DNA of 64,000 nucleotides from Betaproteobacteria bacterium (GTDB taxonomy: Bacteria > Bacillota > SHA-98 > UBA4971). Positions 9,823 to 19,249 of this stretch are shown one piece after another; the first letter of the stretch is position 1; the number at the start of each line of letters is the position of its first letter. The DNA lies in the NCBI GenBank assembly GCA_050260395.1, contig JBLNCC010000124.1, positions 5,997-69,996 on the forward strand, read 5' to 3'. A program made the translations under genes and the position numbers. Under the pieces are notes generated by a model. That model was not told the DNA's origin, searched no databases, and saw nothing but the letters and a program-made list of their open reading frames with translations.

Positions 9823-10212
9823 GCCCGCTCCGCCTCGTTCTTGGGTTCAGGCCAGGAAAGCCTCGCCGTCGTCGACACAAACAACGGGGGCAGGCGGCGA
9901 GGCAGCAACCCGTTGTCTCGTCGCCCGCCCATGCGCCCCGCGGCCGGGCTTACCCTATCGTAACCCGATGACCCCAGAGTCTGAAAGTGAAGCAATACCC
10001 GTCGATCGCAAGGTCCATCCTGATCTTTCTGCCACCAAGCCTTCCGTACACCAAGTCCACCCCCTTTCCCCGCCTCGCGCTGCGGGAGAATTGGATGCGC
10101 TCGCCTGAGCCGGCCCAGGTCGCCTCTGACGATCTCAGTCTACCAACCCTGCGCCCGGCGCGCCATTGCCCGAACGGGGGACTTGTGGTGGCTCCAACGG
10201 ATGAACCTTGGT

Positions 10213-10710
10213 TCAACGCACGCCGCGGCTCCACACATACCTCACCGCCTGGGATCGGTTTTTTACCCTGAGCTTCTTGAATATGCTCGCCACGTGCGTT
10301 TTCACGGTGTTAACGCTGATGTACAGCTCCTGCGCGATGTCTTTGTTCCTCAAACCCTTGGCGAGGAGCCTCAGGACATCCAGCTCGGTCCTCGTGAGGT
10401 ACACCGCCGCGTCTCGTTCAAAAGGAGCCGCCTCCTCTTGACCAGCCCATGCACCGCCACCGGCTCCCCCGCTTGACGCAGAGGAGTCCTTCGGCGAAAC
10501 AGCCGGCGACTCGCGGAGCACCGCTCGGAGGCCGAGGATGTCGCCCGGGATGTCCGCGCCCGCAGCAACAACTGCCGGCGCTAAAGCCGAACAAGACGTA
10601 ATTCTCAAGGTGCCGATGACCTCCACGTCACCAATGGACACGGCAGAGTCTGGATCGACGAAACAGTCTGTCGTTCCATCGTCGAGTACGAGCACTTTCA
10701 ACCTGCTCAT
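10213..10710 (-). CDS. LuxR/GerE-family HTH transcriptional regulator (atypical N-terminal receiver-like domain)
   Basis: C-terminal LTRTELDVLRLLAKGLRNKDIAQELYISVNTVKTHVASIFKKL is a LuxR-type HTH. Confidence 0.7.
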   Translation of the reverse strand: MSRLKVLVLDDGTTDCFVDPDSAVSIGDVEVIGTLRITSCSALAPAVVAAGADIPGDILGLRAVLRESPAVSPKDSSASSGGAGGGAWAGQEEAAPFERDAAVYLTRTELDVLRLLAKGLRNKDIAQELYISVNTVKTHVASIFKKLRVKNRSQAVRYVWSRGVR

Positions 10711-11140
10711 TGCCCTCCCCCCAACGGAGTTGTGCCAGAGGGACCGACCGGAAAACCGACAGCAGTCTTAGCGAACGCCTAGCTCCCCCTTTCGCCGGCC
10801 GTTTCCGCTCCACACTCCACACTTATGTGACCATGCAGTAGCCAGGTGCCACCATATCTGGTCTATACTGCCATGTCTCAATGATAGCACCATATTTTGG
10901 AAGCGTCAAGGGCTACGGTCGCGCACACCTGCGGCGAGGTCCCCCTCACGGCTTCATCTTCATCGAGCCGCTGTTGTTGAGGCAAGGGTTGACCTCGAGG
11001 TGAGCCTCAATTCCCGAACCCAATCGTTGCTGACGTCGCAAGAATGTCCCCTGCCCGAGGCGCATACTCGCTCGAATAGGAAGGAAAGCCACCTGCCCGG
11101 AGCGAAACTCCCCGCAGGACGAATGGAGGGGTGACAAGAC

Positions 11141-13189
11141 ATGCCTGATATCGCGCTCATCGCACCGTACGATAACCTCGCGGCAGTAGCCTATGAAGTC
11201 TCGAGAAGCGTCCGAAAGCCCGTCAGAGTAGAGCGCGCTCTCCTGGGCGAGGCGCCGGCGCTCGCGCGGCGCCTCAAGAAGGAGGGGATTCAGGTCCTTA
11301 TCAGTCGCGGAGGAACGGCCCTCGTCCTGCAGGACGCCCACGACCTGGGTCTGCCGGTAGTGGAGATCCGCGTGACCGCTTACGACGTGGTGCGCGCCGT
11401 TGCGAAAGCAAAGCTTTTCGGGCGCCGCATAGCCATAGTGGGCTTTGAGAACATGGTGCTCGGCGCGAGCACGCTGAGCGAGTCAATGGACGTGGACATA
11501 AAGGAGGTCGTCCTCGAGCGCGCCCGGGATGCCGACACGATAGTCCTTGAAGCCCTCCAGGACGGGGTTGACGTCCTGATAGGTGGCGTGATAACTGTCC
11601 GAACCGCGGAGAAGCACGGTGCCAGAGCCGTGCTGATAGAATCGGGGCCCGAAGCTGTTAGGCAAGCTATCGACGAGGCTTCGCGCGTGCTGTGGGTTAA
11701 GAAACACGAGACGGCGCGGGCGGAACAGTTCAAGCTCATTATAGACAACGTGTCCGACGGCATCATTGCCGTGGACGATGCCGGGCACATCACTGTCTTC
11801 AACGAAGCAGTCCAGCGACTCACCGGCCGCGCCGCCGCCGACGTCATAGGACGACATGTAAACGAGGTGTTGCCTGAAGCCGGTTTCGCCGGAGTCCTCG
11901 CGGCCGCCTCGTCGGGCCGGGGCTGGCGCCGCGAGCCCTCGTCGAATCCTTCGTCGCAGCCTGCACTACCCGAGGTATGCCGGATAAACGGCACTCTCGT
12001 CAATGTGACCCGCGTGCCTATCGTGGTAAGCGGCTCGTGCGCCGGTGCCATCGGCACTTTCCAGGATATCAGCAGGTTGCAAGCGCTGGAAAAGGATCTG
12101 CGTAAGAGGCTCTACGCCCGCGGTCACGTGGCGCGGTTTACGTTCGGCGACATCGTAGGCACGAGCCACGCGATCCAGGCTGCCATCACCAAAGCCAAAC
12201 GCTTCGCGGGCGTGGACTCCACCGTCCTCATCCTCGGGGAGACAGGAACCGGGAAAGAGCTTTTCGCCCAAAGCATCCACAATGCGAGCGCCAGGCGTGA
12301 CGGGCCGTTCGTGGCCGTTAACTGCGCCGCGCTGCCGGAGAGCCTGCTCGAAAGCGAGCTATTTGGATACGTCGAAGGCGCCTTCACCGGGGCCAAGCGG
12401 GAAGGCAAACAAGGCCTCTTTGAGCTGGCCCATCACGGAACGATCTTCCTGGATGAAATCGCGGGCATGCCTCTGCGTCTCCAGGCGCGCCTTCTCAGGG
12501 TCCTCCAAGAAAGAGAGGTGATGCGGCTCGGGGATGACCGCACGATCCCGGTTGACGTCCGCGTCATCGCCGCCTCCAACAAAGACCTCCATAGACTCGT
12601 CGCGGAGGGCCTCTTTCAGGCGGACTTATACTACCGGCTTGACGTCCTCAAGCTCGCGCTGCCACCGTTGCGAGAACGGCCGGAGGATATACCGCTCCTG
12701 GCGGACACGTTTGCGAGGACACTATCGGCTAAGCTCGGCACGCCCTTCCACGGCTTCACCGGCGACGCACTGGCGGTCCTTTCCGCTCATCCCTGGCACG
12801 GCAACGTGAGAGAACTCAAGAACACCGTTGAGAAGTGCCTGGTCCTGTCGGAAAACGGGCTTGTCACGGATAACGACGTGCTCGATGCCATAGGAGACAT
12901 GCCCGGGCCGTGTGCGTGGCCACGCATTACCGCGAGCGACGGTAACACCCCCTCAACCGGCGGCGTTCTGCCCGGTCCCCACAACGATGGCGCGGAGCAA
13001 GACCTCGAGAGCCTGGTTAAGGCAGCGGAACGCGACAGCATAGCCCGTGCGCTCAGTGCATGCGGCGGGAACAAGAGCGAAGCCGCCCGTCGCCTCGGAA
13101 TCAACCGGACCACGCTTTGGCGCAAGCTCAAGAGCGGACACGCGCCAGCGCGGCGAGACGCACGGCGGGAAAGCAGCCGCGAACCATGA
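11141..13189 (+). CDS. sigma-54-dependent transcriptional activator (PrpR-like N-terminal domain, PAS, AAA+ sigma54-interaction domain, Fis-type HTH)
   Basis: GETGTGKELFA (Walker A) and GAFTGA (EGAFTGAKREGKQGLFE). C-terminal HTH SEAARRLGINRTTLWRKLK. Confidence 0.85.
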   Translation: MPDIALIAPYDNLAAVAYEVSRSVRKPVRVERALLGEAPALARRLKKEGIQVLISRGGTALVLQDAHDLGLPVVEIRVTAYDVVRAVAKAKLFGRRIAIVGFENMVLGASTLSESMDVDIKEVVLERARDADTIVLEALQDGVDVLIGGVITVRTAEKHGARAVLIESGPEAVRQAIDEASRVLWVKKHETARAEQFKLIIDNVSDGIIAVDDAGHITVFNEAVQRLTGRAAADVIGRHVNEVLPEAGFAGVLAAASSGRGWRREPSSNPSSQPALPEVCRINGTLVNVTRVPIVVSGSCAGAIGTFQDISRLQALEKDLRKRLYARGHVARFTFGDIVGTSHAIQAAITKAKRFAGVDSTVLILGETGTGKELFAQSIHNASARRDGPFVAVNCAALPESLLESELFGYVEGAFTGAKREGKQGLFELAHHGTIFLDEIAGMPLRLQARLLRVLQEREVMRLGDDRTIPVDVRVIAASNKDLHRLVAEGLFQADLYYRLDVLKLALPPLRERPEDIPLLADTFARTLSAKLGTPFHGFTGDALAVLSAHPWHGNVRELKNTVEKCLVLSENGLVTDNDVLDAIGDMPGPCAWPRITASDGNTPSTGGVLPGPHNDGAEQDLESLVKAAERDSIARALSACGGNKSEAARRLGINRTTLWRKLKSGHAPARRDARRESSREP

Positions 13190-13378
13190 ATCGAAACGCA
13201 GCCCCGCATCTCGCTGCATAGGCACGCGTTCAGGAGGCGGGCGCGGTGCAAGTTGCTGCATATGTTGCTATTATGCGACGCATCCGTTGCCTCCATGCTA
13301 CAGTATCGTGCCGGCGAGGCTCACGCCACGGGTGGCGCCCGTGCCTCCCAGCCAAGGGGAAGACAGTTTAGACGGCGT

Positions 13379-13394
13379 TGGCACGCAGTTTGCT
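13379..13394 (+). promoter_or_regulatory. sigma-54 (-24/-12) promoter TGGCACgcagtTTGCT upstream of the LarA-homolog operon
   Basis: Exact TGGCAC-N5-TTGC spacing (GG at 13380-13381, GC at 13392-13393). It is adjacent to a sigma-54 activator gene. Confidence 0.7.
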
Positions 13395-13585
13395 TTTGTC
13401 TTCCCGCGGGACGCGGCGCCAAGTGAGCCGGCCCCCGCGACTAGGGTTGCGGCCTGTGCCGTGCCGCGTGCTGTATGGCAGGAGCTCTCCGCCGCGCGGC
13501 GCGGTGCGACGCTGCGATACAGCGTGGCCGAGGTCCGGCACCGCGCTTCCAGTCTTGAGCTTGCTGAAGGTGAGGTGGTGTCGTC

Positions 13586-14878
13586 GTGGTCCTCCAGTTG
13601 AAATACGGAAAGTCCTGCGTGCCCCTGGACACGGGCATGCTCCGGAACCCGCGAGTGTTGACCGGTCGAGAGGCGGAACCCCTCGCCGACCTGCGAGGCG
13701 AAGTCCTTTCGAAGCTCAGACATCCGACAGGGACTGACAGCCTGCTCCACGAGGTGAAGCGCAGACATGCCAGGAATGTCGCGATCATCGTAAACGACAT
13801 CACGAGACCCACACCTTACGCCGACATACTGCCTCCTCTTCTCAGCGAGCTCCGGGAAGCGGGAATAGCCGACGCGGACGTGACGCTCGTCGTCGCCACT
13901 GGAATCCACAGAGGAATGACCGTCGAGGAGATGCAGCTGACACTGGGACGCGAAATCTGCGACACGTATCGTGTCGTGAATCATGACTGCGACGACCGCG
14001 AGAACCTGGTCCACCTGGGCACGCTCTCCTTCGGGACGGAACTCCTTGTCAACCGCATCGTCCTCCAGTCGGATTTCATCATAGCTACCGGCGTCATCTC
14101 CCCTCACTACTTCGCCGGGTTCTCCGGCGGACGCAAGGCGATCTTGCCAGGCGTATCAGGCCGGGCTACTATCTCTCACAATCACTCGCTCATGGTTTCC
14201 AAGGCAGCGGCTGTGTGTAGCCTGAATGGAAACCCGGTTCACGTCGAAATGCTTGAAGCCGCGCGCAAAGCGGGCGTGCATTTCATCGTGAACACGGTCA
14301 CGGACGGGGTGGGCAAGGTAGCGGACGTGGTCGCGGGGAACCTCGAGGAAGCGTGGCTCGAAGGCGTGAAGATATGCTCGGATTTCGTTGTGGCGCCTGT
14401 CGCCCGCGAAGTCGATGTGGCCATCGCGAGCGCGGGCGGATTCCCTAAAGACATCAACGTGTACCAGGCCCAGAAAGCCATTGATAATGCCGATCGAGCT
14501 GTAAGAAAAGGGGGCACCATCGTGCTTTTGGCCGAGTGCCCCGAAGGGTGCGGCGAGTCGACCTTTGAGACTTGGATGACTGAAGCGCACAGCCTTGACG
14601 ATATCTTCCGCCGTTTCGCGGCCGGATTCGAGCTGGGCGGGCATAAGGCATACAGCTTGGCCCGGGTCTTGCAGGACAAAGAGGTCATCCTCGTGTCGTC
14701 CCTTGATGACGCTTTCGCAAGAAAGCTCTTCTTTACCCCTGCCAGGAGTCTCGACGAGGCCCTCCGCTTGGTCGAGTCCAAACATGGCAAAGAGTACGAG
14801 TCGATCATCATGCCTTGCGCCGGAATCGTAGTTCCAGTACCGGGAGGTGGTGTGGCAGGCAAGCTCACGCTGCAATAG
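13586..14878 (+). CDS. LarA-family (nickel-pincer-nucleotide dependent) 2-hydroxyacid racemase/epimerase homolog (DUF2088 N-terminal domain)
   Basis: Approx. 430 aa. N-terminal VNDITRPTP motif and overall LarA-like length and architecture. Family assignment is from recall, not alignment. Confidence 0.5.
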   Translation: MVLQLKYGKSCVPLDTGMLRNPRVLTGREAEPLADLRGEVLSKLRHPTGTDSLLHEVKRRHARNVAIIVNDITRPTPYADILPPLLSELREAGIADADVTLVVATGIHRGMTVEEMQLTLGREICDTYRVVNHDCDDRENLVHLGTLSFGTELLVNRIVLQSDFIIATGVISPHYFAGFSGGRKAILPGVSGRATISHNHSLMVSKAAAVCSLNGNPVHVEMLEAARKAGVHFIVNTVTDGVGKVADVVAGNLEEAWLEGVKICSDFVVAPVAREVDVAIASAGGFPKDINVYQAQKAIDNADRAVRKGGTIVLLAECPEGCGESTFETWMTEAHSLDDIFRRFAAGFELGGHKAYSLARVLQDKEVILVSSLDDAFARKLFFTPARSLDEALRLVESKHGKEYESIIMPCAGIVVPVPGGGVAGKLTLQ

Positions 14879-14944
14879 CTTTGACGTAGCGTCGGAACAG
14901 ACTCGAACTGCGACGAGCACAAGGACTACAGGGAGGTAGAAGGA

Positions 14945-15910
14945 ATGCGCGCTCTTGCGAGAATCGTTGCCGTGTGTATCCTCGTGTCGCTAGCCCTGAT
15001 CGGTTCCGTGGCGTCCGCAGCTCCAAAGTTTCCCGAGAAGCCCATAAACTATCTCGTCTGTTTCGATCCGGGCGGTGAGTCTGACATAACGGCCCGCTTG
15101 CAGCAGCCTTTCCTGGAGAAGATCCTCGGCGTGAAGGTGATCATCTCGTACAAGACGGGAGGAGGCGGGGCTGTCGGCTGGTCAGAGCTCGTGCGCTCCA
15201 AACCCGATGGGTACACCATCGCGGGTGACAACCTGCCCCACACCATACTCCAGCCTCTGCAGCGTGGAGACGCAGGCTACAAGACCGAGCAGCTCAAGCG
15301 CGTGTACTGCTTCGAAAGCACCCCGAACGCGCTGGTAGTAAGGAAAGACAGTCCCTTCAAGACGCTCAAGGACCTCATCGATTACGCCAAGGAGCACCCG
15401 GAGGTCGTGACGCTTGGAGGGAGCGGGAGCTGGTCCGCCAACCACCTTGGCGTCCTTGAGCTGAACCAAGCTGCCAATGTAAAGCTGACCTACATACCAT
15501 TCACAGGCTCAGGCGCGGTGGTCCCGGCGCTGCTCGGAGGGCACGTCACCGGGCTCATGACGTACACCACCATGGCGGTTCAGTACAAGGACCAAATGCG
15601 GGTCCTCGCGGTAGCGTCCGAAAAGCGCTCGGCGGTTCTGCCTGACGCCCCCACTTTCATGGAGCTCGGTTATGACGTGGTTGAAGGCGCCTATCGAGGC
15701 GTGTCGGTCCCACCCAATACGCCTGACGAGATCGTCAAGATCCTAGCGGACGCGTTCGACAAGGTCAACCGGGACCCCGAGTTCCAAAAGAAGATGCGGG
15801 AGATGGCCTTCGATCTCGAGTTCATGGGGCCTGACGAGTATGAGAAGTTCGTCCAGACCAGGCGCGTCCACTATGAGAAGCTGCTGAAAGACCTCGGAGT
15901 CGTCAAATAG
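14945..15910 (+). CDS. tctC: tripartite tricarboxylate transporter substrate-binding protein TctC (Bug family)
   Basis: Signal peptide followed by a Bug/TctC-like fold, ~320 aa. Confidence 0.75.
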   Translation: MRALARIVAVCILVSLALIGSVASAAPKFPEKPINYLVCFDPGGESDITARLQQPFLEKILGVKVIISYKTGGGGAVGWSELVRSKPDGYTIAGDNLPHTILQPLQRGDAGYKTEQLKRVYCFESTPNALVVRKDSPFKTLKDLIDYAKEHPEVVTLGGSGSWSANHLGVLELNQAANVKLTYIPFTGSGAVVPALLGGHVTGLMTYTTMAVQYKDQMRVLAVASEKRSAVLPDAPTFMELGYDVVEGAYRGVSVPPNTPDEIVKILADAFDKVNRDPEFQKKMREMAFDLEFMGPDEYEKFVQTRRVHYEKLLKDLGVVK

Positions 15911-16090
15911 GCGCCGGATGGTGCCGGGCACGCCCCTTGAGGCGTGCCAACCGGTGTGACCCGAAGGCGTGTGCGCGGGGTCGAGGCGGCATCTCGGATG
16001 CCGTGCCGCCCCGACCCTGCGGCTCCCGCACACTGAGTCATGGGCCAGCCGGTGCGCGGCGCGAGCCAAGTCAACCGAGTGAGGATGGTG

Positions 16091-17617
16091 ATGCAAATGG
16101 ACGCCTTGGTGTCCGGGATAACGCAGGTCCTTTCCCCCGGCAATCTCCTGTTGATGCTCGTAGGCACTGTCGCCGGCCTGATCGCAGGCGCCCTGCCAGG
16201 CCTCACGGCCACGATGGCTGTAGCTCTCGTAATCCCGTTCACGTTCGTGATGCCGCCGCTTACGGGCCTCGTGACCATGGGCGCCATCTACATGTCTGCG
16301 ATATACGGCGGCAGCTTCTCGGCGATACTCATTAATACGCCCGGAACTCCCTCCTCCATCGGCACGTGCTTCGACGGATATCCAATGGCAAAGGCCGGGA
16401 GGGGCCAGGAAGCTATCGTCGTTGCCACGGTGGCTTCGGTCATCGGCGGACTGTTCGGGATAGCCGTGCTCGCGTTCCTGGCGCCGCCACTTGCGCGCAT
16501 CGCTCTCCGCTTCGGTCCCCCAGAATACTTCTGGGTCGGCGTGTTTGGCCTGAGCATAATAGCGAGCCTCGCATCGAAGTCGATTCTAAAGGGCCTCATT
16601 GCTGGAGCGGTGGGTCTGCTGATAAGCATGATCGGCATCAGCCCGGTCGGGGGAAACGTCAGGTTTACGTTCGGGGAGCCGGCCCTGCAAGGCGGGGTGC
16701 AGCTAGTGTGCGCCCTGATAGGGTTGTTCTGCATACCAGAGGTGTTGTCCCTTGTGCTCCAGGGCGCGCAGGCCTACGAGGCCGTGCGCGTGGTAAAGCA
16801 GAAGGGCGTCATCATGTCAACCGTGCGCAAGGTGCTTGGGCAGCCGGGAAACCTCCTGCGCTCCAGCATCATCGGGACAATCGTCGGGATCATACCCGGG
16901 GCGGGCGGCAACATCGCCAACCTCATCGCATACAATGAAGCCGTGCGCGCCTCGAAATACCCGGAGAAGTTCGGAACGGGGATCATCGACGGCGTCATCG
17001 CCACCGAAACGTCCAACAACGCCACGGTCGGAGGTGGGCTGATCCCCCTCCTCACATTGGGAGTGCCGGGGACACCGGTGGATGCCGTCATATACGGGGG
17101 TCTGTTGCTTCAGGGTCTCCGGCCTGGGCCGGAGCTCTTCAGCGTGCACGCAGACATCACCTATGGGTTCATCTTCTCGCTCTTCGTCGCCACCCTCATG
17201 ATGCTTGTGGTAGGGCTCGCCGTGGGGACAGCCCTTCACAGGCTTGTGTCACGCATGCCCCTGAGGTTTCTCGCGCCGTCCATCGTCTTTCTGAGCATCA
17301 TCGGGTCGTACGCGATCAGGAACAACATGGCCGACGTGTGGGTGATGCTCGGCTGCGGGATCATAGGGTACGTCCTCAAGGAACTCGATTTCAACGCAGC
17401 CCCTATCGTCCTCGGCCTCATCCTCGGGCCGATCATCGAGGAGGGCCTCCTGCAATCGCTTCTCATCTCAAGGGCGTGGCACTTCCCATGGCTCATATTC
17501 GTCAGGAGTCCCATTTCCATCATCCTCATCCTCATGACCCTGGTCTCGTTCGCGTGGCCGTACCTGTCCTCGTCTGCGGCCCGCCGCAGGAAGGAGAGTG
17601 TATATGCTGACCGTTGA
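16091..17617 (+). CDS. tctA: tripartite tricarboxylate transporter permease TctA
   Basis: Approx. 500-aa polytopic membrane protein with TctA-like repeats. Start moved to the ATG 6 nt after GAGG. Confidence 0.75.
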   Translation: MQMDALVSGITQVLSPGNLLLMLVGTVAGLIAGALPGLTATMAVALVIPFTFVMPPLTGLVTMGAIYMSAIYGGSFSAILINTPGTPSSIGTCFDGYPMAKAGRGQEAIVVATVASVIGGLFGIAVLAFLAPPLARIALRFGPPEYFWVGVFGLSIIASLASKSILKGLIAGAVGLLISMIGISPVGGNVRFTFGEPALQGGVQLVCALIGLFCIPEVLSLVLQGAQAYEAVRVVKQKGVIMSTVRKVLGQPGNLLRSSIIGTIVGIIPGAGGNIANLIAYNEAVRASKYPEKFGTGIIDGVIATETSNNATVGGGLIPLLTLGVPGTPVDAVIYGGLLLQGLRPGPELFSVHADITYGFIFSLFVATLMMLVVGLAVGTALHRLVSRMPLRFLAPSIVFLSIIGSYAIRNNMADVWVMLGCGIIGYVLKELDFNAAPIVLGLILGPIIEEGLLQSLLISRAWHFPWLIFVRSPISIILILMTLVSFAWPYLSSSAARRRKESVYADR

Positions 17618-18044
17618 TCGCATCTCCGCTCTCTTCGTGCTTGCCCTGACGTTGGCGTTCGGGGTGCAGCTCCGAGGCCTTCCGGATCTCGACGCCCTAT
17701 TCCCGGAATGGGTTCTGGCCTTAGTAGTTGTGATGTCCATCGGGTTGCTCGTCACTTCCGGGGCAGGGAAAGGCTCGCGGAAGCCCTTCAAACTCCCGAA
17801 CATGCGAACCCTCGGGGCAGCCGTGGGGCTGATGATACTGTGGCTCATCCTCATTCCGATCGCGGGATTCTACGTGGCTAGCGTGCTCGTATCCACGATC
17901 TTCGCCGCGTTCGTCGACAGCCGGGTGCGGAAGCCAAGGGCTCTTGCGATTTCGTTGGCCGTGGTCGCCGCCGAGATCGGTCTCTTCTACGTGGTGTTCG
18001 CCAACCTGCTGGATGTCCCGCTGCCGCAGGGGCTCCTCTTCTGA
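17598..18044 (+). CDS. tctB: tripartite tricarboxylate transporter small membrane subunit TctB
   Basis: 148 aa, 4 TM helices, directly follows tctA. Confidence 0.6.
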   Translation: MYMLTVDRISALFVLALTLAFGVQLRGLPDLDALFPEWVLALVVVMSIGLLVTSGAGKGSRKPFKLPNMRTLGAAVGLMILWLILIPIAGFYVASVLVSTIFAAFVDSRVRKPRALAISLAVVAAEIGLFYVVFANLLDVPLPQGLLF

Positions 18045-18136
18045 TTCTAAGGCGGCGCGCGCGGGGCGGCAGGCCCGGGGAAGGCCGTCAACGTCGCATG
18101 TCAAACCAGTCGAAACGCGTCTGGGGGACTGTTATC

Positions 18137-19219
18137 ATGGATAGAATAAGCGTCGCTGTGGTTCCTGGTGACGGAATAGGGCCCGAGGTCACCGCGGAGG
18201 CGGTCAAGGTACTCAGGGTGGCCGCGGAAGTGCACGGCGGGCTCACGTTCAGTTTCACGGAGTTCGCCTGGGGTTGCGAATATTACCTGAAGCACGGCCG
18301 CATGATGGATGAACACGGCCTTGACGCGCTTCGCGACCACCAAGCCATACTCCTGGGTGCAGTCGGGGCGCCCGGGCTGGTTCCGGACCACATTTCCCTG
18401 TGGGGCCTGCTGCTCCCCATCCGCAAGTCCTTCGACCAGTATGTGAACCTCCGGCCCATCAAGCTGCTCCGCGGGGTGCCCGGACGGTTGATAGGCAAGG
18501 GCCCGGAGGACATCGACTTCGTGGTGGTCCGCGAGAACACCGAGGGAGAGTACTCCGGGGTCGGAGGCAGGGTCCACATCGGAACGCCTTTTGAGGTCGC
18601 GATCCAAAGCAATGTTTTCACTCGCCACGGGACGGAACGGATCATGAGATACGCCTTTGACCTGGCGAGGAAGAGACAGAAAGCAAAGCGCGTCGTGTCG
18701 GTGACGAAATCCAACGCGTGCAACTACAGCATGGTTTTCTGGGACGAAGTCTTCCACGCTGTGGCCGAGGACTACCCGGACATCGAGGCAGTCCAGGTGC
18801 ACGTGGACGCGGCGGCCATGTACGTGATCACGAGGCCCGAGTGGTTCGATGTGGTTGTCGCAACAAATCTTTTCGGGGACATTCTCACGGACGAGGGCGC
18901 GGCGATCCAAGGCAGCATCGGTCTTGCGGCGGGCGCGAATCTGAACCCGGAGAAGAAATACCCGTCTATGTTCGAGCCTATCCATGGTTCCGCTCCCGAC
19001 ATCGCTGGCAAGGGAATAGCAAACCCCATCGCAACTATATGGGCGGCCGCCATGATGCTGGACTTCCTGGGATACGAAGACATGGGCGAGCTCGTCATAT
19101 CCGCCATCGAACGCACCCTCCTCGAGGACGCGCCGAAGCCGCTCGACCTCGGAGGAACAGCGAGCACGTGTGAAGTGGGCGACGCGGTTTGCGAAAGCCT
19201 CTACCGGCTGGCAGGTTAG
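18137..19219 (+). CDS. tartrate dehydrogenase/decarboxylase or D-malate dehydrogenase (isocitrate/isopropylmalate dehydrogenase family)
   Basis: IAVVPGDGIGPEV N-terminus, NLFGDILTDEGAAIQGSIGLAAGANLN, Tyr/Lys/Asp catalytic signature. Start at the Met preceded by GGGGGA. Confidence 0.75.
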   Translation: MDRISVAVVPGDGIGPEVTAEAVKVLRVAAEVHGGLTFSFTEFAWGCEYYLKHGRMMDEHGLDALRDHQAILLGAVGAPGLVPDHISLWGLLLPIRKSFDQYVNLRPIKLLRGVPGRLIGKGPEDIDFVVVRENTEGEYSGVGGRVHIGTPFEVAIQSNVFTRHGTERIMRYAFDLARKRQKAKRVVSVTKSNACNYSMVFWDEVFHAVAEDYPDIEAVQVHVDAAAMYVITRPEWFDVVVATNLFGDILTDEGAAIQGSIGLAAGANLNPEKKYPSMFEPIHGSAPDIAGKGIANPIATIWAAAMMLDFLGYEDMGELVISAIERTLLEDAPKPLDLGGTASTCEVGDAVCESLYRLAG

Positions 19220-19249
19220 GCCGCAAGCCACACCACACGCAGCCGACGC

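Noticed and set aside
9696-9995. 99-aa minus-strand ORF ending in a TGA that overlaps the radical SAM ATG; its Pro/Ala-rich middle is also conserved at 45177..45842
   Set aside because: The shared segment is the translated 82-nt repeat. Differences between copies are all non-synonymous, the sequence is low-complexity, and in copy B the frame runs antisense into another gene. Treated as non-coding.
10850-10880. Possible sigma-70 -10 TATACT in the LuxR / sigma-54-activator divergent region
   Set aside because: No acceptable -35 at 16-18 nt spacing, and the transcribed strand is ambiguous.
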